Assembly: GCA_017409215.1 (NCBI GenBank)
Contig: JAFQTD010000016.1
Coordinates: 5,128-69,127, forward strand
Reading direction: 5' to 3'
Source of the DNA: Alphaproteobacteria bacterium
Lineage (GTDB): Bacteria > Pseudomonadota > Alphaproteobacteria > Rs-D84
Length of the DNA: 64,000 nucleotides
Shown: positions 21,391-30,566 of the stretch, one piece after another
Layout of the letters: every line of letters starts with the position of its first letter
Position numbering within the stretch: position 1 is the first letter of the stretch
Notes under the pieces: model-generated
The model's database searches: none
Seen by the model: only the letters and a program-made list of their open reading frames with translations
What the model was told of the DNA's origin: nothing
Position numbers and translations under genes: made by a program

Positions 21391-22482
21391 TTATAAAGTT
21401 GTCTTAAAACGTCGTAGTGCCAGATACCATATCACAGCCCCAACCCCAATCATTGCGACCGCATTTTTCCAGAAATACAACCAATCAGCCCCCTTTAGCA
21501 TTATATTTCGAACCAGATATGAATAATGACTTAATGGATTTATATAACTTATCCAACGCAATACAAGGGGCATATTTTCCGTTGATATAATCGCACCCGA
21601 TAACATCAATGCCAAGAAAGCAACGATAATTAACCCTAGCAAAGCCTGTTGCTGGGTATGCGCATATGTTGCCAACCAAACCCCGATTCCAGATGCTGGC
21701 ACACAAAATATTAAAAACGACAACAGAAACATAAATTGAGAACCAACAAACGGCACACGAAACGCAATCACCCCAACGATAGCAATGCTGAGCATAACGA
21801 CAAAGGACACAACCACATACGGCAAAACTTTGCCCAAAACAATATCATACTTTGAAATTGGCGCAGATATTAGTGTCTCCATTGTTCCTGTTTCTTTTTC
21901 CTTGGCAATGGATACAGAAATCAAAATTAGCAATGCTAAAAAAACTAATACAGCAACCATTGATGGTACCATAAAAAATTTAGTATTCAATTGAGGGTTA
22001 AACAACACACGCACATTAAAATTTATCTGTGGCTTTACATTTTCCTGCTTATATTCTAACAAAGTCTGCATAATAATTCCGCGCAAATAAGACTCTATAC
22101 TATGTGCCTTTAAGATATTCATTGAATCAATCAGTATTTGTATTTCTGCACTTCCACGAACTAAATCTTTGGTCAGCCCCGACTGTGGCGCAATAATCGC
22201 AACGTCTGCCATCCCACTTTGCACTGCATCAATTGGCGAACGATTATCAATATTTACCGGCACAAAGAATCCAGTTCCAATTGCACGATTATAAATTTGT
22301 TCCATAACTGTATCATTTGGCGCATTTTGCATAACCAATCGTAAGTTAGTTGCCTGAAATGTTATCGCACCTGATAACAGAATCATCTGCACCACAGGCA
22401 TAATCAAAATTGCAACCATAAGTACAGGACTTCGCAACATTGCAATTATTTCTTTCTTAAAAAAACCTTTTATCACACTCAT
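21391..22482 (-). CDS. ABC-2 transporter permease (YbhR-like)
   Basis: FNP.LN...FMVP; EKETGTMETLI.API. Confidence 0.9.
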   Translation of the reverse strand: MSVIKGFFKKEIIAMLRSPVLMVAILIMPVVQMILLSGAITFQATNLRLVMQNAPNDTVMEQIYNRAIGTGFFVPVNIDNRSPIDAVQSGMADVAIIAPQSGLTKDLVRGSAEIQILIDSMNILKAHSIESYLRGIIMQTLLEYKQENVKPQINFNVRVLFNPQLNTKFFMVPSMVAVLVFLALLILISVSIAKEKETGTMETLISAPISKYDIVLGKVLPYVVVSFVVMLSIAIVGVIAFRVPFVGSQFMFLLSFLIFCVPASGIGVWLATYAHTQQQALLGLIIVAFLALMLSGAIISTENMPLVLRWISYINPLSHYSYLVRNIMLKGADWLYFWKNAVAMIGVGAVIWYLALRRFKTTL

Positions 22483-23603
22483 TCCAACGACCTTTTGAAC
22501 TTAACAATGCACATCAACAAAATCACAAGCGCCTGAAATGCTAAAATTGCATACAACCACCATATATCCACAAACAAACTACCTTTCAAGAACTGGTCGC
22601 GCGTTATATCCATATAAAATCTGGCTGGGAATATAGATGACACAAACCTGTATCCGCTGTTCATATATTCTATTGGGAAAACAAATCCAGATAAAATTAC
22701 TGTTGGCAACAAACCAATTATTGCAGCATATTGAATCGCGACTTCTTGCCTTTTTGTAGATACAGATATCAACAAGCCAATTGCCAAATATCCCAAAATG
22801 AATAACCAAGTTCCTAAGAACAATTGCCAATAACTGCCAACAAAAGGCACACCAAAAACTGTTCGGGCCACAAAAAAAACCAATATAAAGCCAACAAGAC
22901 TCAGAACTGCATATGGTCCAACCTTGCCAACTATTATATCCAATCGCGTTGCAGGTGTTGACAGCAGCATTTCCATAGACCCACGTTCCCATTCGCGACA
23001 AATCGTTAACGTGGTCAGCATTATTGCAACCAATGCAATAATAACTGCGCTTAGTCCTGGTACTGCAAACCACTTTGAATTTAATTCTGGATTAAATAAA
23101 TACCTAATTTTATATTTTGGATTTTCTATATAAGAATCCATTGGGATATCATGTATCTTAAAATAAGAACTTTTATTTACAGCCAGTAAATAATTTGCCA
23201 CAGATGCCATAGAAGAACTTTCCGTACCATCAACAATAATTTGCACATTTGCCCCATCATCACGATAGAATTCCTTGGTAAATTCTGGCGGTATAATCAG
23301 TGCAGCCCTTGCATGCCCCGCCACCAATTCATCAAATATCAAATTCGAATTTTGTATATCATAAGACCTAAAATAATTTGAACTATCAAATGCTTCGATT
23401 AATTTCCTAGATTCCATTGTTTGGTTATTATCTACGACCGCCAAATCAATTGATTTTATATTAAATTCGATTGAACTGCCCAAAATTAACACTATCAACA
23501 ATGGCAACAACAGTGCCATAATTAATGTAAAAGGATCACGTAAAATGTGCTTAAATTCCTTGGTAAAAATAGCCCCACTTCTGCGTGGTGAAAAGAATTT
23601 CAT
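22479..23603 (-). CDS. ABC-2 transporter permease (YbhS-like)
   Basis: KEF.HILRDP; FNPEL.S.WF.VPG; REWERGSME.LL.TP. Confidence 0.9.
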   Translation of the reverse strand: MKFFSPRRSGAIFTKEFKHILRDPFTLIMALLLPLLIVLILGSSIEFNIKSIDLAVVDNNQTMESRKLIEAFDSSNYFRSYDIQNSNLIFDELVAGHARAALIIPPEFTKEFYRDDGANVQIIVDGTESSSMASVANYLLAVNKSSYFKIHDIPMDSYIENPKYKIRYLFNPELNSKWFAVPGLSAVIIALVAIMLTTLTICREWERGSMEMLLSTPATRLDIIVGKVGPYAVLSLVGFILVFFVARTVFGVPFVGSYWQLFLGTWLFILGYLAIGLLISVSTKRQEVAIQYAAIIGLLPTVILSGFVFPIEYMNSGYRFVSSIFPARFYMDITRDQFLKGSLFVDIWWLYAILAFQALVILLMCIVKFKRSLE

Positions 23604-24511
23604 TTATTTTGTTCCTCGACTAACTTAATAAAAACATCTTCTAATGACGGACTAACTTGTGATATTTCCCAATCAGATTTCAAATCACGCAAATATTTTG
23701 CAACACGCACACTATCTTTAAAGTGCAAATGATAGCTTGCGCCGTATGGTTGCCACATATCCAGCAAATCTAAGTCCGGCATTTTAGGATTTTTTTTTCG
23801 CGGTCGTAATCTATACAAGGAATCACCAAAGACCTTTTGTTTTAAATTTTCTGGGCTATCAATTTCAATCAAACGCCCATCACGCATCAACGCAATACGA
23901 CCACAGTTTTCTGCTTCATCCATATAATGCGTTGTGACAAAAATTGTTTTACCGTCTTTTGCTAACTTTTTTATTAGTTTCCAAAAATTCAACCTAGCCC
24001 GCGGTGCGACACCTGCGGTTGGTTCGTCCAAGAATACAATTTTTGGATTATGCAATAACGCAACACACAGCGCAATTTGCTGTTTTAATCCTGCTGGCAG
24101 ATTTTTCACCACGACCCGCAAATTTCTGTCAAATCCGATAAATTCCAATAATTTTTTTCTTTGTTCCAGATATTGTTTTTTAGTCAGATTTCTTAATGCT
24201 GCTGCAAAATCAAAATTTTCCTTTACAGACAAATCATCATACAAGGTAAACCGTTGAGACATATAACCAACTTTTTTCTTAACCTCATTTTCGCGTCCTT
24301 GAAAAAATAAAACATCATCAACGATAACCACCCCACTACTGGCAGGCAACAGACCACACAACACCCGAATTGTCGTTGTTTTTCCTGCGCCATTTGCCCC
24401 CAAGAATCCAAATATTTCACCACGCGACACATCAAAAGACACATCACGCACCGCATAAAAATCGCCAAATTTTACGGACATATTTTTAACAACAACGGCT
24501 TTCTTAGTCAT
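23600..24511 (-). CDS. ABC transporter ATP-binding protein
   Basis: GANGAGKTT; LDEPTAGV; TTHYMDEAE. Confidence 0.93.
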   Translation of the reverse strand: MTKKAVVVKNMSVKFGDFYAVRDVSFDVSRGEIFGFLGANGAGKTTTIRVLCGLLPASSGVVIVDDVLFFQGRENEVKKKVGYMSQRFTLYDDLSVKENFDFAAALRNLTKKQYLEQRKKLLEFIGFDRNLRVVVKNLPAGLKQQIALCVALLHNPKIVFLDEPTAGVAPRARLNFWKLIKKLAKDGKTIFVTTHYMDEAENCGRIALMRDGRLIEIDSPENLKQKVFGDSLYRLRPRKKNPKMPDLDLLDMWQPYGASYHLHFKDSVRVAKYLRDLKSDWEISQVSPSLEDVFIKLVEEQNK

Positions 24512-25244
24512 CTACACTTCCCCTGCGACTTAAAAACAATTCATCAAAATTTCGACAATTGTATTGTTTTAATAAATCATCGGGGGCGCCCACCGCCAAC
24601 ACCCGTCCATTTTCCATCAAGACAACCGAAATACACCTTTCTGCTTCGTCCATATATGCTGTCGACATTAAAATCATAATTCCCTTATTTTTTGCATCAT
24701 GCAACAAGTTCCAAAATTCACGACGACTAATCGGATCAACACCATTTGTCGGCTCATCCAAGAACATAATTTGTGGTGACCGCAACAGCGCACATATCAA
24801 CCCTAATTTTTTATACATCCCCCCCGACAATTTTCCCGCTGGTCTGTCTAAGAAATCATTAAGTCGTGCCAACTGCACCAATTCGCGCTTTTTCTGTTCA
24901 TATTCATCATTATCCAGACCATATAATTTTCTAAAAAAATCAAGATGTTCATCCACTGATAAATCGGCATACAGACTTTGACTTTGTGGCATATATGCAA
25001 TATGTTCTTGAATTTCTTCAAACGGTATTTTGTTACCGTTTTTATTATAGAAAACCGCCCCTTGACTGGCATTCATCAGCCCCAGCATCACACGAAACAA
25101 TGTTGTTTTTCCCGCCCCTGCAGGTCCAATAATCCCATACAACTTTCCAGATTCAAATCGCATAGAAACATCATCCAAGGCCAAGATTTCCTTAAAGCGT
25201 TTTGATACATTTTCGATATGAATTTCTATATCTTTTTTATTCAT
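24504..25244 (-). CDS. ABC transporter ATP-binding protein
   Basis: GPAGAGKTT; LSGGM; LDEPTNGVDP. Confidence 0.93.
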   Translation of the reverse strand: MNKKDIEIHIENVSKRFKEILALDDVSMRFESGKLYGIIGPAGAGKTTLFRVMLGLMNASQGAVFYNKNGNKIPFEEIQEHIAYMPQSQSLYADLSVDEHLDFFRKLYGLDNDEYEQKKRELVQLARLNDFLDRPAGKLSGGMYKKLGLICALLRSPQIMFLDEPTNGVDPISRREFWNLLHDAKNKGIMILMSTAYMDEAERCISVVLMENGRVLAVGAPDDLLKQYNCRNFDELFLSRRGSVDD

Positions 25245-25992
25245 CTGGCAACAAACTACTTTCGATTGTCATACCTGCTTTTAGAATTAAATCAGGATTA
25301 TCAAATTTAACCTTTACCCCATAAACTAGACGTGTTCTTTCATCGCGTGTCTGAACATTTTTTGGTGTAAATTCTGCGATTTCATTAATTTTTATAATTT
25401 GCCCTTGAAATTTTATATTGTCTGCCTCTGGCAGGATACCAATAACTTCCTGCCCAACCTTTAACCTGTATAGCATCGAATAAGGCACATAAAAATAAGC
25501 CCATATATTATACGGATTTGCGATTGCCAACAAAGGCATCCCTGGTGCAACAACTTCGCCTGCTTCACGAAAAGCAGTTGTTATAATTCCATTTATTGGA
25601 CTTTTAACATTACACCAACTTAACTTCAAATCATTATCTTGTTTTGCGCGCACCAAAGAATCATATTCTGCATTTGAAATATGCCCACGCTCCATCAGTT
25701 TAATAACCCTGTCATAATCATTATCAATTTGCTTTGCTAATATCTTATATGCATCGCATGACAATACCATTAATGATTGCCCTGATTCTACTTCTGCGCC
25801 TTCTGCCACCAAGACATCTGCGATATCCGACGGAACACGTGCAGAAACAATTACTTTGGTTGTTTCCAAAGTTCCAGCATACAAAAACGGCTTTCTATTA
25901 AAAAAAATCAATACTATTACAAGCACAGCAATAACTGCACTTACAAAAATCAGCACACTTATCCAAAAGATTTTTGTATTCTTTAAATTCAT
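25237..25992 (-). CDS. HlyD family periplasmic adaptor (YbhG-like)
   Basis: AEFTPKNVQTRDERTRLVY.VKV. Confidence 0.9.
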   Translation of the reverse strand: MNLKNTKIFWISVLIFVSAVIAVLVIVLIFFNRKPFLYAGTLETTKVIVSARVPSDIADVLVAEGAEVESGQSLMVLSCDAYKILAKQIDNDYDRVIKLMERGHISNAEYDSLVRAKQDNDLKLSWCNVKSPINGIITTAFREAGEVVAPGMPLLAIANPYNIWAYFYVPYSMLYRLKVGQEVIGILPEADNIKFQGQIIKINEIAEFTPKNVQTRDERTRLVYGVKVKFDNPDLILKAGMTIESSLLPDE

Positions 25993-26096
25993 AACATTAC
26001 AATTATGTCAAAAAAGCAAATACAATTCGCCAGGTATGAAATCCCAGAAAAAAAATGGGACGCAGTTGCATCCCAAATTAAATACGAAAAACACAA

Positions 26097-27803
26097 CTAC
26101 ATTGAATCTGGCACACGCAATCCCATTAAATCAATCGCTGTATTTAATGTTTTTTGTGCCATATCAACAATATGCAAACGCATTTGTTTGATGTTTTCTG
26201 CAACATCATCACGTAATATCGGGCAATTATGATAGAATGTGTTTATATCCTGTGCCAAATCATAGGTATAGTTTGCCAATAAATCCGTTGCCCTGCGCGC
26301 AAACGCATTTTCCAGAACACGTCTAAAATCCAACAGGCGCAACAGCAAATTGCGTTCTTCTGGTTTTAATTGAATATCTGACACAGCTGCAGTCAGCCCC
26401 ATATCGGCTGCCTTTTTAACAACTGCATTCAATCTGACCGCAGTGTACAGGATGTATGGCCCTGTGCGTCCTTCAAACTGTGTCACAGAATCAACGTCAA
26501 AGACATAATCAGCCTTAACATCATGCATCAAATCGTTAAACTTTAATGCCGCCAATGCAATCATTTCGATTGTTTCATCTGGCAAATTTTTCCCAGATTC
26601 AACTGCACGTGCACGCACAGAATCACAAACCATATCCAACATTTCATCCATTTGTGGAACATTGCCATCACGTGTCTTGAATGGCTTGCCATCTGCACCT
26701 GTTATTGTACCGAATCCAACGTGTTGCAAACGCGCGGTGTCCAGACCCGCCTTGTTCGCGGCACGAAACACCTGTGTAAAGTGCAATTTCTGACGATTAT
26801 CTGTGAAATAGACAATATCATCAGGTTTATCTGTTGTTGTTCGGTAGTATATCGCCGCCAAGTCTGCAGCCGCATACGTTTGGGCGCCAGTACTGGACCG
26901 CCATAACACCGGTGGCATTGGTGCGGTATCAGAATCCAATTTCACAGGGATAATATCGGCACCATCATCACGCACCACCAAATTTTTTTCATCTAATATC
27001 TTCTGAACCTTTGGCACATATTCTGCAACCAGTCTTTCGCCCTTGTTTTCATCAAATGGTAAGATATTTAAGCGTTTCAAAATCTTTGAAATTTGGTCCA
27101 AAGACATTGGTGCGAAAGTATTATAAATCTGATTATATTCTGGATTTCCACTTTGCAATTCAACTGTCGCTTTTTGTGCAGTTTCCAGCCAACTTTTATC
27201 TTCCTTGGCGCGTGCAGTTGAAGCGGGGTACATTCTATTGATATCGTCCGCATTCTGTGGCATACCATTTTCCAGAATCCACGCAATAATCAATCCCATT
27301 GGTAGTCCCCAATCCCCCATGTGATTATACGATTTTGTTTTATGCCCCAGGAAACGCGCAATACGATTAAAAGTGTCACCCACAACTGTTGTACGTAAGT
27401 GTCCAATATGTAATTGCTTGCCAATATTATAACTGCCATAGTCCATATCAACCATCAGTTGTTTTTCAACCGTTTTATATCCTTGACAGAATTGTTCTGG
27501 CGCAATCAGGAAAGAATCTTTTAAGAATAAATTAATAAAACCAGGGCCTGCGATTTGTACATCTGCCACAAAGTCTAATTCTTTGATTTTTTCTGCGATT
27601 AATTGTGCGATATCACGTGGTGCTTTTTTCATCGGGCGTGCCAACAGCATCGCGACATTTGTTGAATAGTCCCCAAAATCACGAATTTTTGGTACTTCCA
27701 ACGCGATATTATTTTCGATATCTGCGGTCAAGACATCCTTGACATCGTCGATTTCTTGAATTTTAGATTTTATATTATCAGAAACAAATTTATATAGATT
27801 CAT
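26097..27803 (-). CDS. argS: Arginine--tRNA ligase
   Basis: FGDYSTN; LHIGHLR; HMGDWG; FKTR.G; FEGRTGPYILY. Confidence 0.97.
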   Translation of the reverse strand: MNLYKFVSDNIKSKIQEIDDVKDVLTADIENNIALEVPKIRDFGDYSTNVAMLLARPMKKAPRDIAQLIAEKIKELDFVADVQIAGPGFINLFLKDSFLIAPEQFCQGYKTVEKQLMVDMDYGSYNIGKQLHIGHLRTTVVGDTFNRIARFLGHKTKSYNHMGDWGLPMGLIIAWILENGMPQNADDINRMYPASTARAKEDKSWLETAQKATVELQSGNPEYNQIYNTFAPMSLDQISKILKRLNILPFDENKGERLVAEYVPKVQKILDEKNLVVRDDGADIIPVKLDSDTAPMPPVLWRSSTGAQTYAAADLAAIYYRTTTDKPDDIVYFTDNRQKLHFTQVFRAANKAGLDTARLQHVGFGTITGADGKPFKTRDGNVPQMDEMLDMVCDSVRARAVESGKNLPDETIEMIALAALKFNDLMHDVKADYVFDVDSVTQFEGRTGPYILYTAVRLNAVVKKAADMGLTAAVSDIQLKPEERNLLLRLLDFRRVLENAFARRATDLLANYTYDLAQDINTFYHNCPILRDDVAENIKQMRLHIVDMAQKTLNTAIDLMGLRVPDSM

Positions 27804-27890
27804 TTACAACGCCTTATGTTATTTCTATTTACAAATACTATGATAATCCATAAAAACGCAATATTCAATGAATTTTCTTGAAAAATTATG

Positions 27891-28082
27891 CTATCTAAAC
27901 CGTCTAAAACAAAAATCATTAATCAACGTATCTTGATATGGATTTGCAATCAAAGCCTCTTTTGCTTCGATTGGCACATCTGAACGTAAAATTAATTGTT
28001 TAACCCGATATGGCACCCACCCATCGCGCAATAACTGTTTTACACGCGGTTGCTGTAAAAAATCTTGGTGTTTTTGTTTCAT
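27891..28082 (-). CDS. Small hypothetical protein
   Basis: 63-aa ORF translationally coupled (ATGA) to the upstream remnant. Confidence 0.45.
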   Translation of the reverse strand: MKQKHQDFLQQPRVKQLLRDGWVPYRVKQLILRSDVPIEAKEALIANPYQDTLINDFCFRRFR

Positions 28083-28237
28083 TTTTTACCTTTTCTATGC
28101 GATATAAAATCAACATCTTTTGATTTTATCATGATATATTTTACACCAAACTTATCTGATTTTCTTTTTAAGTCAGGTAAATATTTTGCATATGTGGTTT
28201 TAACTGCGCCAGCCCCACCAGTAATATAAATCTTCAT
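28079..28237 (-). pseudogene. Remnant of a P-loop nucleotide kinase-like gene
   Basis: 52-aa ORF beginning MKIYITGGAGAVKTTYAK: a degenerate Walker A with the rest of the domain missing. Confidence 0.5.
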
Positions 28238-28259
28238 ACAAATTATTTTTTATTAAACC

Positions 28260-28303
28260 TATAAAATTATTAGAATATTTATATAAAATTATTAGAATAT
28301 TTA
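28260..28303. repeat. 22-bp tandem duplication
   Basis: tataaaattattagaatattta x2. Confidence 0.8.
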
Positions 28304-28448
28304 AAATATAATATTTCAACAAAAAACGTTCTTTTTAAGCAATTTTTGACTTCGTGTTTTTATTTATATATCAAATTTTAATTTATTGTTCGAATCCATA
28401 GTCCCACCAAACTAAATGAAAATACCGCATCAACTGCGGTATTTTTGT

Positions 28449-28656
28449 TTATCTCTGGTCGGGGCGACAATGAGTAAATTTGCCAAGTGCCAAACGCAGG
28501 CAAATTGTCAGGAATGCCACGCAGATTTATCACATTTTGTGATAAAGCGAGTGAAACGTTCGAACCTGACAAAAGAATTTTGTCGTTTGAATCCGTACGT
28601 TCCAAACAGAAAATTAAAACCGCCGCAAATGCGACGGTTTGAATTTTCTGGTCGGG
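28449..28656. repeat. tRNA-3'-end-linked multi-hairpin unit bounded by two copies of the tRNA-Pro 3' end
   Basis: Inverted repeats aatttgcc/ggcaaatt, tttatcaca/tgtgataaa, gacaaaa/ttttgtc and aaaccg/cggttt. Confidence 0.6.
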
Positions 28657-28916
28657 ATTGTTTTATCAACGGTATTCTACATCCATTACAAATCCCTGAT
28701 ACACACGAAATTTCAGGGAATTCATCTCAAAAACCGCCCTTTCCCGCCACAAAAACACCCTTTCCCATAAAATTAACAGGGAATAATTTGATAAAAACAA
28801 GGAACAACCCAACAACATCAAGGAAACACAACGATAAAATCTTGCAAAATCAATGCACTTTGCTAGAATTACCGACAAAAGAACCATACGTTTATGCATA
28901 ACACAAGGGGCACTCT

Positions 28917-29801
28917 ATGAAAATAGTAGAACGACTTGTTTCATCTGATGGCAGCATTAAATATATTTTTCAAAACCATAATGGCTATTATTGCGAGGCC
29001 ATTTATTACAGATTGCCGCCAAAGAATAACACACCATATGAAAGATACCATATATGTATATCTTCTCAGTTTGGTTGCAAAATGAAATGTTCTTTTTGTG
29101 ACACAGGAAACCTAGGATTTTGTCACAACCTTTCTTCTGAAGAAATGTTAGAAGAAATAAGTCTAGTTCGTCAAGACATCATAAAATCGGGAAAAGAAAA
29201 AGCATCTACAAAATATAGTGCTGTAATTATGGGAATGGGCGAACCGTTAAACAATCTTGAAAACACAGCCAAATTTTGCACAACACTAACAACAACAGAT
29301 CCAAAGTTAGAAACGATCCCAATTTCATCGGTCGGAATTGTTTCACAAATACCAAAATTAGCCCAAATGCAAAATCAATTAAAAAACATTAAATTTTTTG
29401 TATCTTTGCATTCCCCATATGATGAACAACGCAACCAAATTATGCCAATAAATAAAAGATATAACATTTCGTCTTTATTATCAGCATGCCAACAGTATCA
29501 TTTAGATACCAACAGTAAAGTCACCTTAAGTTATATGTTAATGGAAGGCGTAAATGATACTGACAAACATTTAAGCGATTTGACAAAACTGATTAGCCCA
29601 GAACATTTTAAGGTTCAATTATTATTGTATAACAACACAACCAATTCAAACTTTATACGTCCAGCAATTGAAACCGCCAACTTATTCAATGAACATCTGA
29701 ACAAAAATGGCATCTCTTCTATAATAAGAGTAAGCAAAGGTCAAGACATTAGCGGTGGCTGTGGTCAATTAATCGCACTTCAGAAAAACAAACAAAAATA
29801 A
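28917..29801 (+). CDS. RlmN/Cfr-family radical SAM RNA methyltransferase lacking the N-terminal domain
   Basis: CISSQFGCKMKCSFCDTG; MGMGEPL; SLH; GCGQL. Confidence 0.85.
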   Translation: MKIVERLVSSDGSIKYIFQNHNGYYCEAIYYRLPPKNNTPYERYHICISSQFGCKMKCSFCDTGNLGFCHNLSSEEMLEEISLVRQDIIKSGKEKASTKYSAVIMGMGEPLNNLENTAKFCTTLTTTDPKLETIPISSVGIVSQIPKLAQMQNQLKNIKFFVSLHSPYDEQRNQIMPINKRYNISSLLSACQQYHLDTNSKVTLSYMLMEGVNDTDKHLSDLTKLISPEHFKVQLLLYNNTTNSNFIRPAIETANLFNEHLNKNGISSIIRVSKGQDISGGCGQLIALQKNKQK

Positions 29802-29824
29802 ATCGCCTAAAAGGCGATTTATTT
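29796..29824. terminator. Bidirectional terminator
   Basis: aaataaatcgcct-aaa-aggcgatttattt. Confidence 0.8.
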
Positions 29825-30519
29825 TATAATTTATTCAAATCAATACAGCCATCTGAGACATTACATTGAATTTTTTCACCTTTTCTGAACATATAATAAT
29901 CACGATCACCAATAACCCTCACTCTGTCTCCATCTATAATAATACTATCCTCCTCTGGTAACGCAATTACAGGATAAGTTTTTGACAGTTCTGTTAAATG
30001 CTCCGTAGCTAATTTTGTTTTCTCTTCATTCTTATTCGTGTAATGAGCAGCAATAGAAAAGCCACCTACAAAGTTATAACCATCCAAATCCAACAATTCT
30101 ACATTATTCTTATCCGAACTTGTTTTAATTGTCTGGCCAAATATAATAGCACCGGCACTTGACCCATAAACCACACCCCCGTTCTTTAAATACTCATTAA
30201 TATTATGTAAAAACTGTGTACTTTTCAAATCTCGCAACAATTTATAAGTATTACCGCCACTAATGTATATCATGCCAAAATCTGACAAATTTAGTCCTGC
30301 CAAATGCTCAACTGAATCAGCCATGACCAATTCAGTATAATTTATATTTGCTATTTCCGCAGACAACCACTTTTTTGAGTTTTCATATCCCGATTCATCT
30401 TTTTCTCTGGCCAAAGGAATACATAATATTGGTTTTGTGTTATCTATCATGGAATTTAATACAGCATAAATATTTTGTGTTTTATCACTACAACCACCAC
30501 CATTCAAAATCAATTTCAT
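29824..30519 (-). CDS. Peptidase S51 (PepE/class I GATase-like) family protein
   Basis: L.GGG; IPLA; YISGGNT..L; GSSAGA; HY. Confidence 0.85.
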   Translation of the reverse strand: MKLILNGGGCSDKTQNIYAVLNSMIDNTKPILCIPLAREKDESGYENSKKWLSAEIANINYTELVMADSVEHLAGLNLSDFGMIYISGGNTYKLLRDLKSTQFLHNINEYLKNGGVVYGSSAGAIIFGQTIKTSSDKNNVELLDLDGYNFVGGFSIAAHYTNKNEEKTKLATEHLTELSKTYPVIALPEEDSIIIDGDRVRVIGDRDYYMFRKGEKIQCNVSDGCIDLNKL

Positions 30520-30566
30520 AGACGTCTCCTTTGTTGTGTAATTATAAACACTTTTTATTCACTAAC

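Noticed and set aside
28378-28901. ORFs 28378..28605, 28416..28901 and 28666..28899
   Set aside because: They overlap att, hairpin and end-motif DNA and lack RBS or protein motifs; probably spurious
28917-29801. Calling this cfr (antibiotic resistance)
   Set aside because: It has RlmN-type GEPL and is truncated; this cannot be assigned without phylogeny
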